32,000 nt of DNA, taken from assembly GCA_041941765.1 (NCBI GenBank), contig CP145869.1, positions 402,019 to 434,018 of the forward strand, given 5' to 3'. The position numbers and the translations under genes were made by a program. The notes beneath the pieces were generated by a model that did not search any database, was not told where the DNA came from, and saw nothing but the letters and a program-made list of their open reading frames with translations. This DNA is from Candidatus Saccharimonadota bacterium (GTDB lineage: Bacteria > Pseudomonadota > Gammaproteobacteria > Enterobacterales > Enterobacteriaceae). Within the stretch, counting starts at the first letter, position 1; every line of letters begins with the position of its first letter. Of this stretch, positions 11,504-20,686 are shown piece by piece.

Positions 11504-12256
11504 TTATCGATACAACATATAAAATCTATATAAATAGATAGTTATTACTGCATTGATTAGATAATCAATCATATTTAATATTATTATTGATATTGTAATA
11601 ACAAATAAATGTGTTACAAAGTATGAAAAAATCAGTAAAAAAATTTTTCCTAATAGCCATAAAATAAGTATAGGAATTACTAATTTCTGAAATTTCAGAA
11701 TCATATAAGTACTAATACGCATAGCATCTAATATACTCGTTTTTTCATTAATCATAACTATTGGAGATAACGATAATAATAGAGTTAATACTATTCCTGG
11801 AAAAATTAAAATTATTAATCCCAATTCATTGAAGAGGTTTTTTATGAAAGTTAAGATTAGTAATCTTGGAAATTGTAAAAGGGACTTTTCTAAAGCTAGT
11901 AAGATATTACCTCGTTTTCCTGATGAAACCATAGTAATCAAATTTATAATTCCACCCAACATTAATGTATTTCCTAATAACGTAATGAAAAAATGTAGTC
12001 CAGCAAAGTATAATAATAACCTCAGTTGTTCAGAGGACATTTTTTGTACTATATGAATAAATACATTTTGTTCTAAGTATTTCGGACTGTTAGTTTCAAA
12101 TATAAATTGCATCTGCTCATTATAATAAGAAGGCAATATAATTGTATTTATTAGAACTGTAAGAAAAGATATTAATATTGCCATTAATATGATATTGCTG
12201 GCTTGATGATAACAAAAATTTACTGTATCACGATATAAAGACCTTATGTTAGACAT
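11504..12256 (-). CDS. yciC: UPF0259 family inner-membrane protein YciC
   Basis: 250 aa, multi-TM. SLYRDTVNF near the N-terminus, QKMSSEQ..LL, and the terminal IYLYRFYMLYR parallel E. coli YciC (..VYRDTGNF.., ..NMSPEQQ.., ..LIYLFRLYMLIR) as I recall it. Confidence 0.8.
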   Translation of the reverse strand: MSNIRSLYRDTVNFCYHQASNIILMAILISFLTVLINTIILPSYYNEQMQFIFETNSPKYLEQNVFIHIVQKMSSEQLRLLLYFAGLHFFITLLGNTLMLGGIINLITMVSSGKRGNILLALEKSLLQFPRLLILTFIKNLFNELGLIILIFPGIVLTLLLSLSPIVMINEKTSILDAMRISTYMILKFQKLVIPILILWLLGKIFLLIFSYFVTHLFVITISIIILNMIDYLINAVITIYLYRFYMLYR

Positions 12257-12707
12257 AATAATAAATAGTATCCCTTGTTTTCATCATCTCGCTGTATAAA
12301 GAAGATGAGTGTAATAAAATTAACTGATCTATCAATCAAGAATTATATGAAAATTAATTATTTATGATTGATTTTTAATTTATATAGATAATATTTTTAT
12401 CCATAAAGATTTGGTGAATTGAATAAAAAATACCGGTTTTTGTGAAATAAAAATTTTTTGAAATGTTTATTAGCATCATTGTTTTTACAATTATAATCTT
12501 ACTTTATGTAAGAATACAATTTCTTCATCATAAAAAAAAAGAGATGCTATTAGCAATATCCAATAAAAAAGTATTTTTGAAAAGTTAGATCATAATTAAA
12601 ACTCATTAGTTTAAGATGTAACTTTGCATAAAATGAAAATCTATGTTAATAATTATCTTAATTTAAAAAATTTAACGATACATCCAAAAAAAATAAATAT
12701 TATATAT

Positions 12708-13415
12708 ATGTTTAATTCTCCTTTAATTTTAGCGCTTGATTATCTCAATCGCAATCATGTTATGGAATTGGTTGATAATATAGATCCTTCATTGTGTCGT
12801 CTTAAAGTAGGTAAAGAATTATTTACATTACTAGGTCCACAAATTGTACGTGACTTGCAACAAAGAGGATTTGAAATTTTTTTAGATCTTAAATTTCATG
12901 ATATTCCTAAGACAGTTGCACATGCAGTTGCTATTACTGCCGAAATGGGAGTATGGATGATAAATGTTCATGCAAGTGGAGGAGCCAAAATGATGAGTGC
13001 TGCACATCATGCATTATTGCCTTTTGGGAAAGATGCACCATTATTGCTTGCTGTTACTATACTAACAAGTATAAATGAACATGATTTATTATATGATCTA
13101 GGTTTAACTTGTTCACTTTCCGAACAAATTGGAAGATTAGCACGATTAACATATAATTGTGGTCTTGATGGTATTATCTGTTCTGCATCAAATGCTGTAA
13201 AAATTAAAGATGATATTGATTATAGATTTATCATAGTATCACCAGGGATCAGATTGGATGATAAAATTTGTGATCATCAAAGTATTATGAAACCATATGA
13301 AGCATTATGTGCTGGTGCTGACTATATTGTAATAGGACGTCCTATTACACAATCTATTAATCCCACCAAAACTCTAACAGAAATTTATACTTCACTTATT
13401 GAGAAATTATATTAA
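12708..13415 (+). CDS. pyrF: Orotidine-5'-phosphate decarboxylase
   Basis: [50 protein letters not shown] and [11 protein letters not shown] are present. The start is uncertain. The ATG at 12708 gives [12 protein letters not shown]. The ATG at 12633 or the TTG at 12624 would add 25-28 N/K/I/Y-rich residues with no homolog support. Confidence 0.9.
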   Translation: MFNSPLILALDYLNRNHVMELVDNIDPSLCRLKVGKELFTLLGPQIVRDLQQRGFEIFLDLKFHDIPKTVAHAVAITAEMGVWMINVHASGGAKMMSAAHHALLPFGKDAPLLLAVTILTSINEHDLLYDLGLTCSLSEQIGRLARLTYNCGLDGIICSASNAVKIKDDIDYRFIIVSPGIRLDDKICDHQSIMKPYEALCAGADYIVIGRPITQSINPTKTLTEIYTSLIEKLY

Positions 13416-13419
13416 TTAT

Positions 13420-15840
13420 TTATTCAGTCCTCAAATAAGCTTGAAATCGCGCTTTTAATTTATCTAAACATTGATCTATAAGAGCTATTATTTCATCTTC
13501 TTGAAGTGTTCGATCAGTATGTTGTAAAATTAAACGAAGAGCTAGACTTTTGTAACCTTTTGCTATCTTATTACCACGATACACATCAAATAATGATATT
13601 GCAACTAATTGATTTGATAAAATCGTTTTACATTCGGTAATTATATCTGAAGCTGGAATATCTTCAGCAACTACTATTGCGATATCACGACGATTTGAGG
13701 GAAATTTTGAAATGTTATTATGTATAATTGGTCTAGAATATGGAAAAAGTTTATTATTCCATAATACTTCAAATATTATAGTTTTCTCATTTAACTCCAA
13801 TCGATGTTGCAATGTTGGATGAATTACACCCATAATTCCAATACGTTCGTTATGTAAATAAATTGCAGCAGTTTGACCTGGATGTAAAGCGGGATTCATT
13901 TCATCTTTAAAATAAATTTCTTCTTTTTTACCACTTAAGTTAAGTAAGGCTTCTACATCACCTTTTAAGTCATAAAAATCCATCTGACATGGTGAAGTAT
14001 TATCCCAATGATCTTCATATTTATTACCACTGATAATTCCTGTTATCATTAAATCTTCTTGAACCACATGGTGAGTATTTTTTTTTGGCAAAAATCGTCT
14101 TCCTATTTCAAATAGTCTCATACATTTCGGCTGATGACGGTTTTGATTATAAATCATAACCGATATTAATCCACTCCATAATGAAAGACGCATTGCAGAT
14201 AACTCAAGAGAAATTGGATTAAATAATTTTAAATCTTTTTCTTTTGGATGTAACAATCTTTGTATCTCAGGATTTACAAAACTATAAGTAATAACTTCCT
14301 GATATCCTCTATCTACCAATAAGGTTCTAACACGGTTAAGTGAAATATTAGTAGTATTACTCTTCCTACTATTAAAACTCATAGATGTTTTTAACGAACT
14401 ATAAGAAATATTCTGATATCCATAAATTCGAGCTATCTCTTCTATTAGGTCTTCCTCAATATTAAGATCAAAACGCCAGCTAGGAGTTTTAACTATCCAA
14501 GAATTATTATTGTTATTAAATTTATAATCACAATTGAGGCGAGATAAAATATCTACAATGTCATGATCTGTAAAATGTTCCCCAAGAAGTGAATCTAACT
14601 TTTTTCGACGTAATGATATTATTTGACCTTTGGGTAAGTATGTTACATTTGTAACATCGATAATTGGTCCAGCTTTTCCACCGCAGATTCGTAAAAATAA
14701 ATCTGTAGCTAATTCGAGTGCATAAAACTGAATCATAGGATCTACTCCTCGTTCATAACGTTGTGAAAAATCGGTATGTAATCTATAACGTAATGAACGA
14801 CCTCTAATAAATAAAGGGTTAAAAAATGCACTGTCGATTAGTATATTCTTAGTTTTTTTATGTACGTTAGAAAATACTCCACTAACAATTCCTGCTATTG
14901 ATAATATTCTATTCTTATCAGCTATAACAACAACATCTTTTTGTAAATTGATGTGATTAGTCTTAGTTAAAAAAAAACTTTCGTTAGGTTTTGCCATTCG
15001 CACTGTAAGGTTTCCATCAATCGAATTTAAATCAAATATATTTATTGGTTGTCCAAGCTCTAATAAAATATAGTTGATAATATCACTTACTACATGACCA
15101 AACCTATAATTACATCGTCGCAATTTTTCACGTAACCATAAGGGTGTTGGCACATTCACATTAACTTCCTTTAAAATACGTGCTATATAACGAGGACAAG
15201 CTTCAGGAACTTTGACATCAATTGGTAAGGTGTCATCCAAGTTTTTTACTATTGGTAAGATTTTTTTTTCATTAACTTTTAATTTATTTAACGCCGCTAT
15301 CTCTCGTGCTATACCACGAATACTTAAACAATCAGCACGATTCGGAGTGACGTTAATTTCAAAAACTTTATCATCTAATTGTAAATACTCTCGAATATTC
15401 ATTCCTATTTGAGCAGAAGAGGGTAGTTCAATTAATTGATTGTTTTTATCAACTTCAAATATTCCTAAATTAGAAAATGAACATAATTTACCATGTGAAA
15501 TGATATTATGAATTTTTTTAGCATTAATCTTCAATTTATCTAAAAGTAGGGCTCCTATAACAGCTACTGCAACTTTTATACCTTTACGGCAATTATTGGC
15601 ATCACAAACTATAGTGAGAAGATTATTACTCTTTTGATCTATATTTACTTTTGTAACATATAAATTATGTAAGAATGGTTTACATTCTACTATTTCGCCT
15701 ACAATTACACCTACACAATTGCCGGCTACATTTACAATTTGGTTAACTTCTAGTCCGGACATAGTTAGTTGTTCAGATAATAATTGACTATTAATATCAA
15801 TTTTTACCCATTCTCTTAACCAACATTCACTAAATTTCAT
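13420..15840 (-). CDS. pheT: Phenylalanyl-tRNA synthetase beta subunit
   Basis: 806 aa. The N-terminus MKFSE.WLREWV and the domain order (tRNA-binding, B3/4, B5, FDX-ACB) follow E. coli PheT as recalled. It lies immediately downstream of pheS. Confidence 0.95.
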   Translation of the reverse strand: MKFSECWLREWVKIDINSQLLSEQLTMSGLEVNQIVNVAGNCVGVIVGEIVECKPFLHNLYVTKVNIDQKSNNLLTIVCDANNCRKGIKVAVAVIGALLLDKLKINAKKIHNIISHGKLCSFSNLGIFEVDKNNQLIELPSSAQIGMNIREYLQLDDKVFEINVTPNRADCLSIRGIAREIAALNKLKVNEKKILPIVKNLDDTLPIDVKVPEACPRYIARILKEVNVNVPTPLWLREKLRRCNYRFGHVVSDIINYILLELGQPINIFDLNSIDGNLTVRMAKPNESFFLTKTNHINLQKDVVVIADKNRILSIAGIVSGVFSNVHKKTKNILIDSAFFNPLFIRGRSLRYRLHTDFSQRYERGVDPMIQFYALELATDLFLRICGGKAGPIIDVTNVTYLPKGQIISLRRKKLDSLLGEHFTDHDIVDILSRLNCDYKFNNNNNSWIVKTPSWRFDLNIEEDLIEEIARIYGYQNISYSSLKTSMSFNSRKSNTTNISLNRVRTLLVDRGYQEVITYSFVNPEIQRLLHPKEKDLKLFNPISLELSAMRLSLWSGLISVMIYNQNRHQPKCMRLFEIGRRFLPKKNTHHVVQEDLMITGIISGNKYEDHWDNTSPCQMDFYDLKGDVEALLNLSGKKEEIYFKDEMNPALHPGQTAAIYLHNERIGIMGVIHPTLQHRLELNEKTIIFEVLWNNKLFPYSRPIIHNNISKFPSNRRDIAIVVAEDIPASDIITECKTILSNQLVAISLFDVYRGNKIAKGYKSLALRLILQHTDRTLQEDEIIALIDQCLDKLKARFQAYLRTE

Positions 15841-15853
15841 AATTGCTTTTCAT

Positions 15854-16849
15854 TTAATTAAATTGTTTAAGGAATCGTAAATCATTTTCATAAAATTGAC
15901 GTAAATCTGATATTTCATAATATAGCATAGCAAGACGTTCTATACCCATTCCAAAAGCTAACCCCGAATAAGTATCAGCTGAAATTCCAACCTTATTAAG
16001 TACATTAGGATGTACCATTCCACATCCTAATACTTCTATCCATTTTTTCTCTTTACTTATTATATCAATCTCAGCAGAAGGTTCTGTAAAAGGAAAATAG
16101 GAAGGTCGAAATCTTATTTTTAAGTTTGGTTTATCAAAAAAAATTTTTAAAAAATTACACAAAATAGTTTTAAGATGACTAAAACTTATGTCTTGATCAA
16201 CTATTAAACCTTCTGTCTGATGAAACATAGGAGTATGAGTTTTATCATTATCTTTTCGATACACTTTACCTGAAGCAATGATTTTTATAGGAGGTTTTTG
16301 AGTTTTCATGATTCTTATTTGTACTCCAGACATTTGTGTTCTTAATAAATAAGTATCATTAAACCAAAAAGTATCATGTTCGGTACGAGCAGGATGATGA
16401 AGTGATATATTTAGAGCATCAAAATTATGATAACAATCTTCAATTTCGGGACCGGTTGCTAATTCAAAACCTAATCCATAAAATATTTTTTCAATGCGAT
16501 CAATTATGCTGGTTATGGGGTGTATTCCACCAGTCTTAATTCCACGTCCGGGTAATGAAATATCAATTGGATTCTTGTTATCTAAAATAATATTATTAAT
16601 CGATTCTATTTCCAAATGCTGTTTTTTTTGATTGAATGCCAGCAAAATTTGCTGTTTAACATCATTCAAAATTATTCCTATAGCAGGACGTTGTTCTAAA
16701 GGTAAGGTTTTTAACCTATTCATATAAAGAGTTATATGCCCTTTTTTTCCTAAATATTCTATACGGATTTTTTCTAAAGCTTTAACTTCATTAATATTCT
16801 CAATTTTTTTTTTAAATTGATAAATTAGTTCTTTTAGATGAACTAGCAT
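15854..16849 (-). CDS. pheS: Phenylalanyl-tRNA synthetase alpha subunit
   Basis: 331 aa with class II motifs ([39 protein letters not shown]). Confidence 0.96.
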   Translation of the reverse strand: MLVHLKELIYQFKKKIENINEVKALEKIRIEYLGKKGHITLYMNRLKTLPLEQRPAIGIILNDVKQQILLAFNQKKQHLEIESINNIILDNKNPIDISLPGRGIKTGGIHPITSIIDRIEKIFYGLGFELATGPEIEDCYHNFDALNISLHHPARTEHDTFWFNDTYLLRTQMSGVQIRIMKTQKPPIKIIASGKVYRKDNDKTHTPMFHQTEGLIVDQDISFSHLKTILCNFLKIFFDKPNLKIRFRPSYFPFTEPSAEIDIISKEKKWIEVLGCGMVHPNVLNKVGISADTYSGLAFGMGIERLAMLYYEISDLRQFYENDLRFLKQFN

Positions 16850-16882
16850 TGTTTTACTTTATGTTTTTTATAATAGTAGTTT

Positions 16883-16903
16883 AAAAAACCTCCACATGGA
16901 AGG
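16883..16903 (-). terminator. Candidate intrinsic terminator or attenuator hairpin between rplT and pheS
   Basis: The minus strand reads CCTTC-CATGT-GGAGG followed by TTTTTT. That is a 5-bp stem including one G-U pair and a 5-nt loop. The stem is short, so the call is weak. Confidence 0.3.
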
Positions 16904-16934
16904 AATAAGTTTTTTCAGACCCCAAAATGTTTTA

Positions 16935-17294
16935 TTAAATAGAATTAGCCAATTTAGCTTTTTCAACTAATCTATAAAAAGAATCCTTATCATAAATTGC
17001 AATATCAGATAATATTTTACGATCTATTTGAACCAAAGAAGTTTTTAGCCCTTTAATAAAATTATTATAAGAAAGATCGTATCTTCTAACGGCAGCATTT
17101 ATACGCATAATCCAGAGTTGGCGTAACTTACGTTTACGCTGACGGCGATCACGGTAAGCGTACTGACCAGCTTTTATAACAGCTTGAATGGCTACCCTAT
17201 ACGCACGAGAACGTGCTCCATAATAACCCTTAGCATTTTTTAATATTTTTTTGTGACGTGCATGAGCAACTACACTACGCTTTACACGAACCAT
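16935..17294 (-). CDS. rplT: 50S ribosomal protein L20
   Basis: 119 aa. [48 protein letters not shown] matches L20. Confidence 0.97.
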   Translation of the reverse strand: MVRVKRSVVAHARHKKILKNAKGYYGARSRAYRVAIQAVIKAGQYAYRDRRQRKRKLRQLWIMRINAAVRRYDLSYNNFIKGLKTSLVQIDRKILSDIAIYDKDSFYRLVEKAKLANSI

Positions 17295-17326
17295 ATTTTT
17301 TTCCTCTAATTATTTTTATTATATGA

Positions 17327-17524
17327 TTATACATAGGGCATGCATCCTACTACTAATTTTAAATCTCCTTTTGAAATCACGGTTTTTGCACGTAAATGAC
17401 GCTTTCGTTTAGAAGATTTTTTAGTTAGTATATGACGAAGGCTAGCTTTTTTATGTTTAAAACTACCGGAAGCAGTTTTTTTAAAACGTTTAACAGAACT
17501 ACGCACAGTTTTTATTTTGGGCAT
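17327..17524 (-). CDS. rpmI: 50S ribosomal protein L35
   Basis: Starting at the ATG at 17522-17524 gives 65 aa, [35 protein letters not shown], with the same length and pattern as E. coli L35. The ORF-track start at 17572 adds 16 unsupported residues. Confidence 0.95.
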   Translation of the reverse strand: MPKIKTVRSSVKRFKKTASGSFKHKKASLRHILTKKSSKRKRHLRAKTVISKGDLKLVVGCMPYV

Positions 17525-17576
17525 ATTTACACCATTTCTTATTAATTTCTTATGATTGAATATAGATATCAAAAAC

Positions 17577-18116
17577 TTATACTTTCTTTTTTGGAGTTAG
17601 CACCATAATCATTTGCCTTCCTTCAATTTTCATAGGAAAATACTCTATTATTGCAAATTCATCTAGATCATTTTTGATTCTATTTAACATTTCAAGACCT
17701 AATTGTTGATGCGACATTTCACGACCTCGAAAACGTAATGTAATTTTTACTTTATAACCATCTTCCAAAAAACGAAGTAGATTACGTAATTTTACTTGAT
17801 AGTCTCCTTCATCTGTACCAGGACGGAATTTTAGTTCCTTGACCTGAATTATTTTTTGTTTTTTTTTCTGTTCTTTTGAAAACTTATTTTTTTCATAAAG
17901 ATATTTACCATAATCTATTATTTTACAAACTGGGGGTTCAGCATTCGAGTTAATCTCAACTAGATCAACACCTGCTTTATAAGCTCTTTCTAAAGCTTCA
18001 TATAGACTTACAATACCAATTGATTCCCCATCTACATCAGTTAAACGAACCTCCTTCACATGTATTTCATTATTAATACGATTTGGACGGATGGGATTTT
18101 TTTTTACGTTTTTAAT
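17577..18116 (-). CDS. infC: Translation initiation factor IF-3, starting at an AUU codon
   Basis: The ORF track begins at an internal GTG (18059). I translated the same frame upstream and got ATT-AAA-AAC-GTA-AAA-AAA-AAT-CCC-ATC-CGT-CCA-AAT-CGT-ATT-AAT-AAT-GAA-ATA-CAT = [19 protein letters not shown]. This aligns with the E. coli IF-3 N-terminus (..ARPNRINGEIRA.EVRLTG). ATT at 18114-18116 is preceded by GGAGG 8 nt upstream. The product is 179 aa. Confidence 0.9.
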   Translation of the reverse strand: MKNVKKNPIRPNRINNEIHVKEVRLTDVDGESIGIVSLYEALERAYKAGVDLVEINSNAEPPVCKIIDYGKYLYEKNKFSKEQKKKQKIIQVKELKFRPGTDEGDYQVKLRNLLRFLEDGYKVKITLRFRGREMSHQQLGLEMLNRIKNDLDEFAIIEYFPMKIEGRQMIMVLTPKKKV

Positions 18117-18143
18117 ATTCGTTTCCTCCTGTGGATAAAGTGT

Positions 18144-20060
18144 TTATATCATAATTTCATTTTGTAGCTGTTTTAATATATCATTTACTTTGATATTATA
18201 AAAATTTTTTCCAGTACCAGTGCGGACAGAAATTACTCCTAATTTAGTCTCTTTATCTCCACATATAATCATATATGGAATACAACGTAAAGTATGCTCG
18301 CGTATTTTAAAACCAATCTTTTCATTTCTCAAGTCTGTTTTTACTCTAATTCCAGCTTTTTTAAAGATATTAGCTAATTGGTTTACATAATCTAACTGAT
18401 ACTGACTATTATTAATACTCATTACTATCAATTGTACTGGAGCTAACCATAAAGGTAATTTTCCGGCATATTCTTCTAAAAGAATCCCTATAAATCGCTC
18501 TAATGAACCTAAAATAGCTCGATGAATCATCACGGGTCTTTGACGTATATTATGCTCATCTACATAAAATGCATTTAAACGTTCTGGTAAAAAAAAGTCT
18601 AATTGAACCGTACCACATTGCCATGCACGATCCAAGCAATCATATAGTGTAAAATCTATTTTTGGACCATAAAAAGCTCCATCACCTTTTTTATATTTAA
18701 AAATAATTTTACATTCTTCTAAAGCTATTAATAAATCTTGTTCAGCTTGATTCCAAATATTATCATCTCCAATTCTCTTTTTGGGACGCGTAGATAGTTC
18801 TACTACAATTTTTTTAAATCCAAAGGATTTATAAACTTCGTATATCATTTTAATACAATTTTGCACTTCCATGCCTACTTGATCTTGGGTACAAAAAATA
18901 TGTGCATCGTCTTGAGTAAATTCGCGTACACGCATTAATCCATGTAAAGCTCCAGATGGCTCGTGACGATGACAACTACCGAATTCTGCCATTCTTAATG
19001 GAAGATCACGATAAGATTTAATGTCTTGGTTATAAATTTGCACATGTCCGGGACAATTCATTGGTTTGATACAATATTCACGATTTTCTGATAATGTGAC
19101 AAACATTGTTTCTTGATAATTTTGCCAATGTCCGGTTTTTTCCCATAAAATCTTATCTAACATAAAAGGTCCTTTTACTTCTTGATATCCATACTGAATT
19201 AATTTCTTACGAATAAAGATTTTTAATTGTTGAAAAATAATCCAACCATCATTATGCCAAAAAACCATACCTGGAGCTTCTTTTTGTATATGATATAAAC
19301 CTAACTGTTTTCCAAATTTTCTATGATCTCTTTTCGTAATTTCTTCTAATTTTTTTAAATAGATATTCAAGTGTCTTTTCTCGGACCAAGCTGTACCATA
19401 AATACGTTGTAGCATTTTATTATTACTCTTTGCTTTCCAGTAAGCACCTGATATTTTTTGTAAGATAAAATTATTACAAAAACGTACATTAGGCACATGT
19501 GGGCCTTTAGATATATCAATATACTCTTCATAAAAATATAAATTTATTTTATCATGGTGAGTAAGATCATCAATAATTGATATTTTATAAAGTTCATCTC
19601 TTTCTAAAAAAATTTTCCTAGCATCTAGCAAATTTACGGTTTTTTTGATTACATCGTAATTTCTAGCAGCTAATTCATACATACGTTTCTCTACTAACTT
19701 GAGGTCATTAGGAGTTAGACTTAAATCTAAATCAATATCATAAAAAAAACCATTGGTTATAACTGAACTAATTGCCATTTTGGTTTGAGGATATAGTTGT
19801 TTTATAGCATGACCTAACAAATGAGCGCAAGAATGACGTATAATTGTTAAACCTATTTCATCTCTTATAGTAATAATATTAACTGTAGCATCGTCACTTA
19901 CAAAATCAGATAAGTCTTTTAGTTCATCATTTACCTTAGCAGCAATAGCTATTTGTGCTATATGAGGTCCCATAAAATTATGAGCAATATCCAGAAGGCT
20001 TATCGCATTACTAAATTTATATTTTTTAGTACCATTATTAGAAATAATAATATAAAACAT
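18144..20060 (-). CDS. thrS: Threonyl-tRNA synthetase
   Basis: 638 aa. [67 protein letters not shown] and CGTVQLDF are present. AAGGA lies 7 nt upstream of the ATG. Confidence 0.96.
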   Translation of the reverse strand: MFYIIISNNGTKKYKFSNAISLLDIAHNFMGPHIAQIAIAAKVNDELKDLSDFVSDDATVNIITIRDEIGLTIIRHSCAHLLGHAIKQLYPQTKMAISSVITNGFFYDIDLDLSLTPNDLKLVEKRMYELAARNYDVIKKTVNLLDARKIFLERDELYKISIIDDLTHHDKINLYFYEEYIDISKGPHVPNVRFCNNFILQKISGAYWKAKSNNKMLQRIYGTAWSEKRHLNIYLKKLEEITKRDHRKFGKQLGLYHIQKEAPGMVFWHNDGWIIFQQLKIFIRKKLIQYGYQEVKGPFMLDKILWEKTGHWQNYQETMFVTLSENREYCIKPMNCPGHVQIYNQDIKSYRDLPLRMAEFGSCHRHEPSGALHGLMRVREFTQDDAHIFCTQDQVGMEVQNCIKMIYEVYKSFGFKKIVVELSTRPKKRIGDDNIWNQAEQDLLIALEECKIIFKYKKGDGAFYGPKIDFTLYDCLDRAWQCGTVQLDFFLPERLNAFYVDEHNIRQRPVMIHRAILGSLERFIGILLEEYAGKLPLWLAPVQLIVMSINNSQYQLDYVNQLANIFKKAGIRVKTDLRNEKIGFKIREHTLRCIPYMIICGDKETKLGVISVRTGTGKNFYNIKVNDILKQLQNEIMI

Positions 20061-20101
20061 TATGAATCCTTATTTAAAATAGATAGTGGTAGAATTATTT
20101 A

Positions 20102-20686
20102 ATGACTTCAAGAAGCCATATTATTTTTATTTTTGCAATGATAATTGCTATTAAACGTTTTCACATTATCACTTACGCTGATTGGTGGCATATTATTCCT
20201 GGCGCAATATTAACTTCATTACTACCCGATATAGATCATCCAAAATCTCTCATTGGTCAGCGTTTAAAATGTTTATCTTATCCAATAGCATATTTTTTTG
20301 GTCACCGAGGATTTACTCATAGTTTATTAGCTGTTATAGTATGTAGTTATCTAATTAAAAAGATATTACAATTACCACTAGATATACAATATGGAATGTT
20401 AATGGGATATATAAGTCACTTAACTGCAGATTGGTGCACTTCTGCTGGTATTCCGTTATTATGGCCTTTACCCTGGAAATTTAGAGTGCCACTGTTTCAT
20501 ATCTCAACTGGAAAACTTCCTGAACGTTTTTTGTGTCTTTTTTTTTTATTAATAGTAATAACAATTCCATCTAATTTTTTCATGGTAATAACTCCTTATC
20601 TAAATAAATTAGTAGAGATACAGAGATACTGCTGTAATATTAATATTTTCTCTAAACCTATTCCAGTGATGGAAAAAACTAAATGA
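20102..20686 (+). CDS. ydjM: YdjM-family inner-membrane protein (putative membrane-bound metal-dependent hydrolase)
   Basis: 194 aa. DWWHI.P.AILT.LLPDIDHPKS..GQRLK, FGHRGFTHSLLAV, GY.SH..AD and GIPLLWP parallel E. coli YdjM as recalled. Confidence 0.85.
   Translation: MTSRSHIIFIFAMIIAIKRFHIITYADWWHIIPGAILTSLLPDIDHPKSLIGQRLKCLSYPIAYFFGHRGFTHSLLAVIVCSYLIKKILQLPLDIQYGMLMGYISHLTADWCTSAGIPLLWPLPWKFRVPLFHISTGKLPERFLCLFFLLIVITIPSNFFMVITPYLNKLVEIQRYCCNINIFSKPIPVMEKTK

Noticed and set aside
16850-16934. Mini-ORFs in the rplT-pheS spacer (ATG-start MWRFFKLLL; TTG-start 14-codon GSEKTYSFHVEVF) as possible pheM-like leader peptides
   Set aside because: Each has only two Phe codons. The ATG sits inside the hairpin loop rather than upstream of it, and neither has an SD. 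There is not enough here to call a leader peptide.
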